A stretch of 63,317 nt of DNA, filler included, from Phoronis australis (Eukaryota > Animalia > Phoronida), in the NCBI GenBank assembly GCA_002633005.1. It is 7 parts of 7 records of this genome, joined end to end, with 100 filler letters (N's around TTAATTAATTAA, not from the genome) between each part and the next. Parts side by side here need not be neighbours in the genome. Positions count along the whole stretch, not along the records: positions 1 to 21,829 come from NMRA01001207.1; positions 21,930 to 26,260 come from NMRA01000246.1; 5 more parts are not named here. One strand, given 5' to 3'. Every line of letters begins with the position of its first letter. Position 1 is the first letter of the stretch. The position numbers were made by a program, and so were the translations under genes. This document shows positions 13,218 to 26,260 of this stretch, one piece after another. Under the pieces are notes generated by a model, which worked only from the letters and a program-made list of their open reading frames with translations, was not told the DNA's origin and made no database searches.

Positions 13218-14596
13218 CAAGGAGTTTAGTACAGTAGGAGATAGTTCACTTGTGAGTTCGCTTTTATCGCTACTACTAGCGCCCACAAGTGGTGAATAAG
13301 CAACGGTCAAGTAGAAAGCACGTGAACAATGGGGAAGGGCGTATTTTGCAGTGCAATAAATTGCACTAATTCATCCACGAATACGCCAGACGTGTCATTT
13401 TTTACGTTTCCTGTGGATCCAGAAACGCAAGGATTATTTGTTATTCAATAATATGATACATTGTGTATCATTTTGTGTGTAATTGTGTTCACGGTTGGAC
13501 GACAAGTCGATCGCAGTCGCGGTGCCGCTGTCGTCTGCAATGAAGGCTACTGCACAGGCTACGCTCTTCCTTCTGCAGATACTTTGTTGTCAATGCGCGT
13601 CTATTAAAATCCGCACGAACTTGGTTGCATCTCCAAATTTACAACGCGTGCGATACTGGACGGAGGAGGGCCAGAAACTATCCCGGTGCCTATCCTCTGA
13701 CGTCACCACAGAAACAGAAAGAGAAACAGAAAGAGAAACAGAAAATCATTAGTGGGGGAACATCATAATAAAATACGTGTTGTGGTAGTGGTGAATTGTC
13801 TTGCTTTCTTCTACTTGCTTGTGTTACACCTACTGCACCAACCAATTGTCTGCACTGGTAGCCGCCTGGTGTATTCAATGGGGAACACATTCAAAATTGT
13901 TGGGTGGACATGAAACGGCAGTGAGCCGGGAGCAATTTGTAATGAAAAGTTGGAAAACACCCAGGATGGTACTGGGGCATGATGACCATCAGTCTTTACA
14001 AGCAAAAATCTTTGGGGTTATGCTTAAAATGAGGGCCAAATCTAATCACCATCTCAGTACATGTTGTCAAAGGTCAGGGGAACAACCAAAATTTGTGACG
14101 ATAAGATAGGCTCAACACTCATATCGCATACCCCATTGCTTTTTATCTGTTTAGCACTCCTGCCATGCAACCCCTGAGAGTCAGTCAACACCCATTTGGC
14201 GCCCACCTGCTTTGCATTCCTCCCTTGTACACTTTTGCTGGCACCTGGAGGCAACTCCCCTTCGAAGCCCCATTAGCAATAACTAAAATTATGTATTTTA
14301 TGGAGGTATGAAATGTTATGAGCAACTGTAATTTGCCTTATTGAGAACTCAAACATGAAACAAAACCATGATGGCTTTTGAAGGAAGCTTCAAGTGAATG
14401 GATATTAGTTTACGTATTTAACCCGATGTCAATCACACAGTAATTTTATTGCACGTCGAACGTCATTCAAAACATGGTTCGGACTCTGCCGCTAAATTAG
14501 TGATGCTTATTCGCCGCTTAGGGCGCCAGTTTTTCGACCGATAACTATTGCGGCGAAAGGCAAGATGGTAGAGTGAACTCGCCTATTCACTCCTTG
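13218..14596 (+). mobile_element. Non-autonomous P-element-like transposon retaining a THAP exon
   Basis: CAAGGAGT...ACTCCTTG termini plus subterminal inverted matches; 7-bp TSD GTTTGAC/GTTTGAT. 13329-13428 encodes MGKGVFCSAINCTNSSTNTPDVSFFTFPVDPET (THAP N-terminus). Confidence 0.8.
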
Positions 14597-14782
14597 GTTT
14601 GATTCACACCATTTATATGCTCTAACACTGATCCATATCATCGGGCTTAGACAGTACGGGAAATTTGATTGTGCTTGAGAACTTATTCAGCGCAATAAGT
14701 CACCATCTGCGACAAGCCGGTATTTAGTGCCTGGTCTTAAATAATAGCCAACTCTCAGTTCTGTCCATCCCCAGAAACCTCT

Positions 14783-14995
14783 CTTATGGGGGAGTGATTG
14801 GGAATGGAGACGCCAACTCTCTTATAGGCCAAGGGTTGTAGCTTCAATCGTTTCATCTTGTGACCTTGTCAGGGGGGGTCAACTTATGGGTGAGTGATTG
14901 GGAATGAAGACGCCAACTCTCTTATAGGCCAAGGGCTGTAGCTTCAGTCCTTTCATCCTCTGACCTTATGGGTGAGTGATTGGAAAAAGACGCCA
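14783..14995. repeat. Short tandem duplication (about 85-100 bp unit, about 2.3 copies)
   Basis: CTTATGGG..GAGTGATTGG..AGACGCCA recurs three times, twice followed by ACTCTCTTATAGGCCAAGGG. Confidence 0.85.
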
Positions 14996-15401
14996 CTGCC
15001 CTGAATTCGACGAATATCAACAAAACACTGCATTCAAATACTGAACAGTCCAACTATTTCTCATGTGCTCTAATAATCCTCCCTGCAACAAATCATTGAT
15101 TTTGCGAGAAGCCGATGATACGATTTTAAAAGAATGCCATGCAAGCATAAAACAAAATACCACAGCAGGTGAGCTGCGTGCTTAATGACTTCATTATCTA
15201 TATTAATATAGAATTCAAGAATATACTTTCCGATAAATTTACTGGAATTGCAGCAGACGATACGTAATTTTTGTCAATTACAGAAATTAATGTTATTGTT
15301 TGTATGATTTTTCTCAAAACAACATAATAAAATGTATTACATTGTATAGAGAAAGATTCAAAGAAAGTGTGCAGTCAGTAGACACAACATTCAACATCAT
15401 A

Positions 15402-15855
15402 CAAGGTACCTAAACTACACGGTCAACGGACTCATAAACACGGGGCACGGACGAATGAACACGACTCACGGACCTGCAAACACCGTCCACTGACTCACAA
15501 ACACGGGAACGGACTCACAAAACACGATCCACGCACCCAAATACACGGGACACGGACTCCTATTCTCGAGGAAACACGGTTAACGGACCGCCAAACAAGG
15601 GTCACGGACTCATCGGCTTCCTGGGTCAACTGACATCTCCATTTTGTCCGTGACCCGTGTTTGGAAGTCCGTTAACCGTGTTTCCTCGGGAATATGAGTC
15701 CGTGTCCCGTGTATTTGGGTGCGTGGATCGTGTTTTGTGAGTCCGTTCCCGTGTCTGTGAGTCAGTGGACGGTGTTTGCAGGTCTGTGAGTCGTGTTCAT
15801 GCGTCCGTGCCCCGTGTTTATATGAGTCCGTTGACCGTGTAGTTTAGGTACCTTG
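15402..15855. mobile_element. Foldback MITE with CAAGGTACC termini, copy 1
   Basis: About 210-bp inverted arms built of ACACGG/CACGGAC sub-repeats around a ~35-bp loop; flanks TCATA/TCCTA. Confidence 0.9.
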
Positions 15856-17140
15856 TCCTAGACACTACCTTCTTCAGCTTTCAAATATGTCTACTCTAGC
15901 GCTGAATAATAGACAAATATCTTGAGTTGGCACAAAGATAGAACCTAAAATATCCAAAATGATTTTGAATTCGGTTCCATGTACAAAGCTAACACCCCCG
16001 GGGCCTGGGCATCATCATTAATCACGTTGTAAAATAAACTTGACGTTTTGTGAGAAAGTAAACGCACATGGGTTTCAAGGACTCTGGGGGACATAAAGTA
16101 TCAATTTCGGAGTACTTGAACTTGACAACCTTCAAGCGGTTTTACTCCTGGGCTCCGTGAAGGAAGCAAACATTGGTTTTAGACAACTTACCTCTTTAAA
16201 ATTGGCCTCAACTTGTTCCAAAGAACTGTCACTTCGTTACTTCTTGAGACCTGGGTCGTTGCATAAAATGACACACCGCGTCAAGTCAATTTGGAATGCC
16301 TGGTCTCAAGCACTAAAACGGTTAGAAAATTAGATGGTGATTCAATAAAATGCTAGTATTTCTTGTCAGAAATATAACTTCAGAAATCAGTACTGCCCGC
16401 AGACTGAGTGGACTTGATTCACAGAAGACTCTGATGCGTGGAAGTTGTGTTCGTACGGCTTCAAACAAGCAAAGTCTGCCGATATGGCTAAGTTTAACTC
16501 ATTATCTGTTTCACCAATAGCCCAAATGTCGTCTTCACCCCCATCTCCATACGTCAAGCTCACAGCTCTCCAAGTCTTCGTGGCTTACAAACTCATAGTT
16601 CCACCGCCTACACTTTGCAGAGGCAGTGGCAGCATAGACCATACTACATGGACCACCAATTTCGTATATTTTCAACGGAAGAAACCTGTTATCTTACGCA
16701 TATTATCAAGCCGTGACGTCGCAATTCACTATCGTTACCTGGCAGACATATCACGTTTTACTTCGGGTAAGTCTGTCGTCTGATACTCATGGTAATATTG
16801 TCGTGATTTAATTGAATTGAACGCTCGTAAAACGTTAACTTCTTAAATAATGAAAGTTAAAATGCAAGCCGGCGCCTCTCAAAATTTGCGGACTCTACTA
16901 TTGGAAGACTTTGAACAATGTTTCAATGTCAAAACCATTTTTGTAGTAGACAGTAAAATAGGTGCAAAAATTTCCCGGCACGATGTACTAACTGGAAGTT
17001 GAGTTTGCTATGTTTACAGAGTGACGCCTGGTCTACGAGATTTCGTATGAAAATGTCAGAGTTGCGAATCTACTGTCTATAATCACTACTTTCCTCCAAT
17101 ACATATATGCTGTCAGCTTCATGCTATAAAGTCATTATAC

Positions 17141-18169
17141 CAGTGGCGGATCTAGGATATCACAAGGGGGGGCCAACATTTTGTCCGGCTGTAAGCATTT
17201 GCGCGAACCACGAATGTAGATGCGCATAGCACTGAATGGGGGGAGGTCGGGAGGGGGGGGGGTCCCCTCCCGCCCAGGAAATTTTTCTGTTTTTTCTTCT
17301 AAAAATCAAGCATTTTCCTTGGTTCCTGAAGTATTATGCAAGAAAAACAGGCAAAAAACACGGAGAAAGTGTCAAACAGGAAAACCTTAAAGTACCAGAG
17401 ACTCGAACTCACGACCTGGCGAATAGACCGTGCGCGCGCTTTACCACTACACCACCACTACTTAGCTACTAACAACATAATAAGAGACCTACTTGTTTAT
17501 GGTCCACAGCATTTGCGCGCGAAACCTACTTCTTTTTGTAATGCTTATTACACGTTTTATATTTTGTGCAATCATAGATTATAGACAACTATAGTCTATG
17601 GTGCAATCGGTTTTTAACAAATTTCTTGTATTTGAAATAGTCTTCAAATGCCCAAAACACCAAATCCGTTTTTCGTGTTGGCAATAATGACGGTATTGCT
17701 TTGGAAATCGTCTTAAGTTAAGGTTTGAGAAAGAGAGAATTATGAGTTTCTGAGTGATTCACTAAGGCTTCGATAAAAATTCACATCTTACCAGCAGCTC
17801 CTGTTTTTCCATCGTCACTCAGGTTCCATTTTCTTCAACAACTGAAGTAAATTTTCTTCATTGCACGGTGGAGCAGACGACGGGAACGGAGTCGTAGTGC
17901 GCAGCGCCACTGCCGGTCGCCTAGGACATCGCGGGAGAGCCTATGCTTAGCCATAGTTCCGTTACGAATGCGCCGTGTTCCGAATTTAACATTTGAAATT
18001 GGATCGAGCCTCCCAAACCTAAAACTGCACACATTTAAATCTTGTTTCATCCGTATAATTTTAATTACCGGGGTTAATTAATAAACTCCCTACGCTCTTG
18101 CTGTTTTATTTTTTTGCGGCAGCCAAGTGGTTCTCCGGGCCCATGCCCCCCGCTCTAAATCCGGCTGTG
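17141..18169 (+). mobile_element. hAT-like non-autonomous element (CAGTGGCGGATCTAG end), copy 1
   Basis: GC-rich CAGTGGCGGAT... and ...TAAATCCGGCTGTG ends; the interior matches 20100-20880 in inverted orientation. Confidence 0.75.
17573..17600. mobile_element. 28-bp palindromic micro-insertion with 7-bp TSD
   Basis: GTGCAAT-[CATAGATTATAGACAACTATAGTCTATG]-GTGCAAT. The paralogous site near 20634-20640 has a single GTGCAAT and no insert. Confidence 0.85.
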
Positions 18170-18644
18170 TATACACAGTCTAAAACCTCAAAAAGTACAA
18201 CAATGCTTTGTAGGGACGCTGTAATAGACGTAGTAATGAAAATCTATAGGCTTCTTGAGGTAATGTTCAGTAACGCTAGGACCTACGCTAGGACGTCACT
18301 AAAGTCCAGCAAAACTCAGGTGTCTTCATTTAAAATACACGGATATATCTCATGTAATCTCGCAAAACCTTGCTTTTTAGCGAGCTTCTGGTGTTATTGA
18401 ACTCTACGGGTCTATAGAACAAAGTTGTAAGAACTGAAAGTGACTGAACAAGGCTTCACGACGTGTTTTTGGAATTTGCTCACTATGTTCACGAGATATC
18501 AAGAGGAATCAGAGGAATGTTACAGGGCTACGCGTATTTATCCCATACGCGTTGAATATGTCGAGGGAAATACGGCCAAGTAATAATGCTTTCCGTATTC
18601 ACCTCCCGCACTACTTCAACAGTGACCTCTGACATTGAAGGTAT

Positions 18645-18880
18645 AAAAGGTAGGTCAATGTTGACTCGACGTCGTTAGCCGGTTAGATCATCAAACTTTC
18701 GGAAAATAGCTTAGAGTAACACAATTGTAGCAGTTTAAATACCACTCAACATGCAACCAGGTTTCAATCTTAACATCTGGAACAGGACTGTTTATTGTAT
18801 GACGGTCTCGGTCGATACGCGGAATAATGTCTCGTGGGATATTATTTCATGTACGCCACTCGAGGTACGTTTTGTGTATA
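18645..18880. repeat. Interspersed repeat (copy 2 of the 8690-9325 family)
   Basis: Colinear similarity with 8690-8835 and 9258-9322. Confidence 0.7.
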
Positions 18881-20099
18881 TATACTTGGCAAAGGTATGA
18901 CGTAATAGAACAACAAGCCATAGCACAATCGGAAACACGAAATCGTCGAGATGCAAATAAGTTTACTTTTATGGGGTAAATAGGTTATCCTACATACATA
19001 GGAATACCACTGCAATATCGTGTCTCGAATTCATTCACTCCCCGCTGCAGCCGCTCGCTAATCAATCTTTTAACTCGTGACGGTGGGTTCCTTCAGATTG
19101 GCTACTTCTCAGTCAACATAACGCCGTGGTTCCGCCCACGGTTCTTTTTTATTGTGTTATACAAAACAACAACTTTTTCGCCAATATTCTGGTGTAACGT
19201 GCTTGTATTTTGAGAACCGGTTTGATGCCCGTTATATAGTGGAGAAAACTGATTTTTAAAATTCGGGCAATTTGTATCCGACGATTGCCACTTTTCTTTG
19301 AGTTTTTCAAGTTTTGTACAGATCTCGTATCATGCGTCTATGACGACGGAAAATGAAAGAAGAAAATTTACATATGGGCACTTCTTAAGATTAAAAACGA
19401 CTGGTGATGCTTATCAGCACATGCTTTGGCCATTTTATTTTGACCAATGACGCTCAATTTGTTAATTGACAGCATGCATATCGGTCAGACTTGATATAAT
19501 TATAGCCTCCCGCCAGTGTTCTGCCTTTCCCAGTAGCCACGCAAAATTTTCCAGTTCCGTCGCGTACCTACAATGAGAAATACTTCTATATTGTATTGTA
19601 CCCTGTTTGAGAAAAGACACATCAGTTTCCGAGAAATGCGCCCGTCTCTAAAAACACCCTTTTATAGCAAATCAACTGCACATGCTGCGCTGAAATACCG
19701 TGACGTTAGTTTTTCGGCATGTTCACGAAAGTGGAATAACTATGAGTACAAATTTTAAATTTTCGAATTCTGACACGAATACGGTGAATACGACGTTTTA
19801 AATATTGACTCTTGAGGACAATTTTAGTTATGCATTTAGTGCCTACATTGTGCAATAACGTGTGGACAGAAATTCTACCTGCGTGAATAAAATAAAGTAT
19901 GCGTTTTCAAAAGTTTGCAGAGTCGAGTGGCCAGGCAGTACCGTAAATAAAACATGACAAACTACAAGGCATGTCTTTATTTAAATCAATAAAGTTTAGG
20001 GTTTAGGGCGCACCGCTTAGAGCGTACAATTAATGTAAACATCTTTGTACAGTACAACAGTATGTTTATGTACAACAGAATCATACACATATATTTATC

Positions 20100-20880
20100 C
20101 ATAGGCGGATTTAGGGCCCCCTTTGGCTACCGCAAAAAATTAAACAGCAAGAGCGTAGAGAAATGTTGAGTTTATTAATTAACCCCAGTAATTAAAATTA
20201 TAAGGATGAGACAAAATTTAAATGTGTGCGGTTTTAGTGTTTGGGGGGGGGCTCAGATCCAATTTCAAGTGTCAAATTCGGAACACGGCGCAATCTTAAC
20301 GGAACTATGGCTAAGTATAGGCTCTCCCGCGATATCCCAGGCGACCGGCAGTGGCGCTGCGCACTACGACTCCGTCTCCGTCGTCTGCTCCACTGTGCAA
20401 TGAAGAAAATTTACTTCATTTTTTAAAGAAAATGGAACCTGAGTGACTATCAAGATGTGAATTTTAATCGAAGCCTTAATGAATCACTCAGAAACTCATA
20501 ATTCTTCCCTTGCCAAACCTTAACTTAAGACGATTTCCAAAGCAATCCCGTCATTACTGCCACCACGAAAAACGGATTTGGACTTTTGGGCATTTGAAGA
20601 CTATTTTAAATACAACAAATTTGTTAGGAATCGATTGCACAAAATATAAAAGTGTAATAAGCATTACAAAAAGAAGTAGGTTTCGCGCGCAAACGCTGTG
20701 GACCATAAACAAGTAGGTCTCTTATTATGTTGTTAGTAGCTAAGTAGTGGTGGTGTAGTGGTAAAGCATGCGCGCTCCATCCGCCAGGTCGTGAGTTCCA
20801 GTCTGTGGTAGTTGTAGTTTTTCCTGTTTGACACATTCTCCGTGTTTCTTTTTTTCCTTTTTTTCTTGAATAATACCATA
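20100..20880 (-). mobile_element. Inverted, truncated copy 2 of the 17141-18169 element
   Basis: The ORF track shows near-identical peptides on opposite strands (e.g. ALPLHHHYLATNNIIRDLLVYGPQ). Confidence 0.85.
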
Positions 20881-21829
20881 ACGGGGACATGTATAGGCTC
20901 AAACACAATTAGATATTCCTCGTTATTTTCATGTGTCCATATATATATTTTAAAGTCTTAACAACGTCAACAACTATTCAGAGAAAATCCTATATGACTC
21001 TTACCATCGATGAAAGAATAGAGGCCTACCTGGGAGCCATATCAAAATGACATTTATGATTTTTAAGAAACAAAATCATTGTGTGAAGAGCAACGAAATG
21101 ATAGTTTAGATAACTTTTTTGAGATTTTATCAAACAAAATTTCATTCATGTTTTTGATACAGTTATTGTTCTATGAATGTACTTCGTTTCGCTAAATTCT
21201 AATAAGGACACATGGTGACGCCACCCAATTAATGACACGTTGGTATAATGTCAAAAATCAAAAATTTTCAGGCTTTCTAATTTCAGAAAAGAGATTTACT
21301 GAGTTGAAATATCTAGTTTTCGAGGTATTTGACTAAATACTCATACGTGTCAATGTTGTTCTACATAAACTTTACCCTATCTCGGCTTCCTCCCAACCTT
21401 TAACTGATACAAGTCAAGATGCATTGACAATTCAACACTGCGTCGCAAAAAGATTTGTTGCATCTGACATTGACGGCACGATCTTACCTCAATCATAGCT
21501 TTTTCATATACAACATTTCGGTATAGCATGTAGCAGTCATCAATCTTTATAAACAAGACGCTGCAGGCAAGTATCGTGCATCAATGTCAAACGTCATATT
21601 TGAATCTACTTTTGAATTTATAATTGTAATTTTGTATAAACCATTAAAATTCTTGTTCATTTGTACATGCGTATTTAAATCTATGTGTAAAGATGTGTAT
21701 TCATACTGATACATGTATCTATGTAATACTTGGAGGCCCTGATATTCAAATGTTTAGAGTTGACTTGTCTCTTACTACCATGACGCAATTTAGACCTACA
21801 GATAGGACTCGACTAGAATTTCGCAGCCA

Positions 21830-21929
21830 NNNNNNNNNNNNNNNNNNNNNNNNNNNNNNNNNNNNNNNNNNNNTTAATTAATTAANNNNNNNNNNNNNNN
21901 NNNNNNNNNNNNNNNNNNNNNNNNNNNNN
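21830..21929. other. Artificial contig linker (N44-TTAATTAATTAA-N44); same at about 26261-26360, 44806-44905, 52885-52984, 55655-55754, 59525-59624
   Basis: An identical 12-mer with stops in all six frames is centred in every 100-bp gap. Confidence 0.95.
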
Positions 21930-21965
21930 GGGACCTTTACATTTGGGTATGAATGGCGCTTCCAC
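21930..21965 (-). CDS. PRKACA: cAMP-dependent protein kinase catalytic subunit, last exon (truncated by linker)
   Basis: ttttcag|VEAPFIPKCKGP. Confidence 0.9.
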
Positions 21966-22725
21966 CTGAAAAAACGTGTAGATGACACAGGGAACACGTG
22001 GAGGTGACATAGGGAATAGTAACATCATCTCAACCAACATTAGGCTATTAATTACAAGCTGATAACACCAGTTAACAGACAAGAGTTCTAAGTTGCAAAA
22101 TTTACAAATTTGTGCATCAAAATCGTCACAGGACGCACAATTGATTCTTTCAAAGATTTGTAATTACAAATACCAGTTACACAGCATCATTTCAAGCATT
22201 CAAGCTGGATTTCTCTTGTAATTCTATTTAGAGTTCATGGACCTGTTCCAAGAAAACGGACTTAGCAAAGATAAATCTTAAATTTCAGTCGATATACGAT
22301 AAAACTTAATTTTTTTTCAAGACCATTTCAAGAAAGAGATCTTAACTTTGACTTAAGTTTTGCCATAATTTTGACTACCTTACTAGATGTGGAAGTTTTA
22401 AAGTTTGGAAGTGAGATAAATCTTGGACTTAAATCAGAAATTAACTGAAGTAAGTTTCTTGGAATGGGTCCCATGTCTACCAACCCGGACAGCAATTCAA
22501 AAGTTTTGTATTCAATAGTAGAGAAGGCAGTGTGGCCCAGTCGGATAAGTGGTCGCATCCTTTACTCAAGGTCATGACTTGAGCCCCTCTGGAGCACACT
22601 GCTAGACACTTCAGTCAGATCTATAGCATCTTGGCTTGGTTTCAACTATATATTGATAAATCATAAACATATTTTCAGGTGCTCAATGCAATGACCCCAA
22701 CTGAGCGGCATGTGCACGTCTGCTA

Positions 22726-22941
<216 letters not shown>

Positions 22942-23345
22942 CTATAGCAAAACAACACATGAGTTAGGGCTCAAAGATTTAAACTATATCGCTCTAATCA
23001 CAATGCACTAAATAACGCCACCTTCAGTCTGGGAGCATGATATCCTACACCTCCAGTTTTGCTAAAATACAAGAATGAGCTTGAACAAGCGACTAAGATT
23101 ATCAACATAAAACTGAACTATTCAGGGGATGATACAGGGGTCCACTTGTCCAATCCTGAAATAGAGGGACATTGTGCACCTGTGCAAGTCCATTGAAGAA
23201 CCACTCTATGTTTATATTCCTGAATCTAAAGCGGATATCAGTGCAGTCCAGAGTACTTTTTCAGAGTTTCACTCGAGAAAATACATCTTCCTTCGTGTTG
23301 TATTTTTACTTTGTGAGCTGGCAATGCAACAGTGGTTTACCATAC

Positions 23346-23468
23346 CTTTCCAGAGACTATCTTTTCGTAAATCTGTATAGGCTGATCGGCAAAGAACGGA
23401 GGATAGCCAGCAGCCATCTCATACACTAGGACCCCTAGTGCCCACCAGTCAACGGCTTTGTTGTATCC
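23346..23468 (-). CDS. PRKACA: PKA catalytic subunit exon (123 bp; not in ORF track)
   Basis: ttcag|[41 protein letters not shown]|gtatg; phase 0, in frame with the next exon. Confidence 0.96.
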
Positions 23469-24542
23469 CTGAATTAGAAAAAGGCATGATAAGGAAAAAT
23501 TGCAATTTTATCCTGAACTTACTTGAGAATTAACAATTAGTCAAGCTTTGTCAACTTTTTTCAACCTCGATGCGAGACCTGGAGTTCTTTGAGAAATCTA
23601 CACTTAACAAACTTGTCGAGTATTCCCAAAGAACTTGCAACAAAAAGAACCATTACGGGAGACAAGGAACGAAAAAGCACATACGACGCCATATTTTTGG
23701 GTCGTTTAACATCAAACGGTACCAGGCACGTATATGGAAAGTGAGAGCAATGTTGTGCCTTAATGGTGGACGAATAAGTGACGTATCTCTGAGAAGCAAA
23801 ACTGCTAACAAAGTGAACACTAGCTAGTCAATGACCAAACAGTGCCCCATGATCAGTACTACTAGTATCCAAACCAGCATAAAGTATTGCTTTTGATAGA
23901 GTTCAACTGATGGAATTCCTCTTAAAAAACAGGAAGGGTGATTACTGTTACTGCATACGAAATTTTACACGGATTACGAACATTAAGATTCAAGTTTTTT
24001 TTTGTCACTGAAAATACATATTTTGAAACACACTGAACCTAGATCAATTGAACTATGGACACCATGGGATTCCACTTTCTCCAACTAAATTATACATTCA
24101 CTCATATACACTCAATGTTTTGTATTTAATAAGAAGTCTGAAGACATCCCCATCATCTGTGTGTGTGTTTGTGTGGACACATAGGAGTAGCCAGTAACTC
24201 ACACAACCATCTGGTGTTATCATCAAAATGTCCAGGAAATTACTGCTATTTTTTATCCACAATGCAGTAAATATTATGCAGTTTTCACAACTCTGCCACA
24301 GATTTCTTTTCCTGGACCCCAAATCCAACTACTGAGCTCAAAACAAATTCAAGGTTTTCCATACTTCAAACCTTGAAATTAAAATTTTAAATTTAATGCA
24401 GATGTCACCAAGTACAAAGCTGTATTAAGTATATACTTTAGTTAATCATAATACACTTAAGCACCAAATGAAAGATTCCATTGGCAAATGAGTTGAATTG
24501 ATTAAACTGAGTTGTTGTTTAGTTCTGAGTCGAATGACAGGA

Positions 24543-25105
24543 TGTAGTTTCCGGAGGTGGGAGGCCAATTACTGAGTTAATGAACATTGCCAAGGGGCTC
24601 CGTAACGAAACTAGGTCACAGCAGTACACCAACAAGTATCGCCCCCTGTCGTGCACGACACAAGTGTACTCAAATAGGAAGGTCAGTAAAAGTTGATGAC
24701 AAACTGATTGTAAGATACTTCACGTTTGTTTGCTCCGGGTGGCTCATGGTCACGTGTATATTCATGACTGAATGGACTGAATGTAATTTGCATATGACCT
24801 GACCCTCATTTCAGTATAAGTGTTGTGCGCTGACTCGATTTACTCACATTGTGGCAGTGCATATTTGGCGTCAGTGAGGAGAGCCAGGGAGGGGCAGTAT
24901 TGAGGTATTTTTCATGGTGTTTTCGTATTTGGTATTTCCGAATTTGCATTTTGTCTGTATCCGTGAAGTTTGCTATGCATTTTGTTTTTTATTTTTAGAA
25001 CTGAAACAGAGAAGAACTGTGAAAATGTCAATGAGAAATGTTTCACGTCTCTCAATAAAGCACTTTTAAAAGATGTAACTCCTCTTGACTTGCCAAACAC
25101 TCACA
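24543..25105 (+). mobile_element. Putative 5' LTR of a BEL/Pao retrotransposon
   Basis: TGT...ACA ends, internal AATAAA near 25055, followed by (T)TGGT PBS-like sequence and then the gag ORF. No second LTR is available to confirm the ends. Confidence 0.45.
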
Positions 25106-25211
25106 TTGGTTCTCAATACGCTCTTAACTGTGAGATGGCTGAAGCCGAAAGAGAGAGTGTGATGGAGGGTTTGAAAATGACCTGTTTGGGGACGAGGAAT
25201 CGTCAAAAAAC

Positions 25212-26260
25212 ATGAAGGAGGTCTACTCTAGGAAAGCACTTGCACAATTGAAATTAAAGCAAATGCAGCAGCTTCCTGAAATAGAGAGAGAGCGTGAAGC
25301 ACTGAAACAGATGGAGGCAGAGTCTGAATTACGTAGGCGTGAGGAAATGCTTCGCATGGAAATGCAGCTTCAAGAAGCCACGTTAGCCGCCGATAATGAG
25401 GTCTCGCCATTGAATATTCCGTTTGCCGCCGGTGCTAAGCATACTAGCATTCCCAGACCCCGTGCAGAGCCGAATGCTGGTGCACCGCGGTTCCCTAATT
25501 TCTCGCAAGAGGCGTCGTGGTCGTATCCTGGTTTACCGGAAGTTATGAAGCAGCTCGCGGAAACTTTGAGAGAAGGGTTTGAAATGCCGAAAAAAGAACT
25601 GCTTACATTTGATGGCAATCCAACTGAGTATTGGTCTTTTATTCGAAATTTCGAGGCTAATATTGAATCTAGAGTTAGTGATAGTCAGTCTAAGCTAATG
25701 TATCTTTTGCAACAGTGTAAAGGGAAAGCTAGACAGTGTATTGATAACTGCTCTATTTTTGGTAACTCAGAGCTAGCCTACAGAAAAGCAAAAGCGATGT
25801 TGTATGATAATTTTGGTCAGAAACATGTTATAGCTCATGCGTTTATTAAACAGGTGACCCAAGGTCCAGTCATTGATGGTTCTAACAGTGTAGCTCTCTC
25901 AGACTTAGCTGTGCCCATGAGGAGAGGCATGCTCACTCTGGAACAAATGAATTATGATTCAGATTTGAATTGCTCAGACACTTTGATCAAAATTGTGAAG
26001 CGTTTGCCATTTCATATGCAAGCTAATTGGGCAGAGCATGCTAGTGGTATCATGGATAAACAAGGTGTAGAGCCAAAGTTCTCAGATTTAACTGATTTCA
26101 TTGGGTCAAAGGCTAGAGTAGCTAAAACTCTGTATGGACAGATTGTTGGTTCAACATCTAAGTATAGATCTGAAAAGCAAGTTACTAAAACTCAGTCACA
26201 TGGTGATAAAGTGTCTTTTGCCACACAGTCACAGGGTAATGCTGTAGATAAGAAATTCTG
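25212..26260 (+). mobile_element. BEL/Pao gag (DUF1759-like) ORF, truncated by linker
   Basis: Coiled-coil N-terminus, then LLTFDGNPTEYWSFIRNFE...KLMYLLQQCKGKA...IVKRLP...W...PKFSDL. Antisense to the PKA exons on the same segment. Confidence 0.9.

Noticed and set aside
21874-21885. Recurrent TTAATTAATTAA as a biological motif
   Set aside because: Always centred in 100-bp N gaps; it is an assembly spacer.
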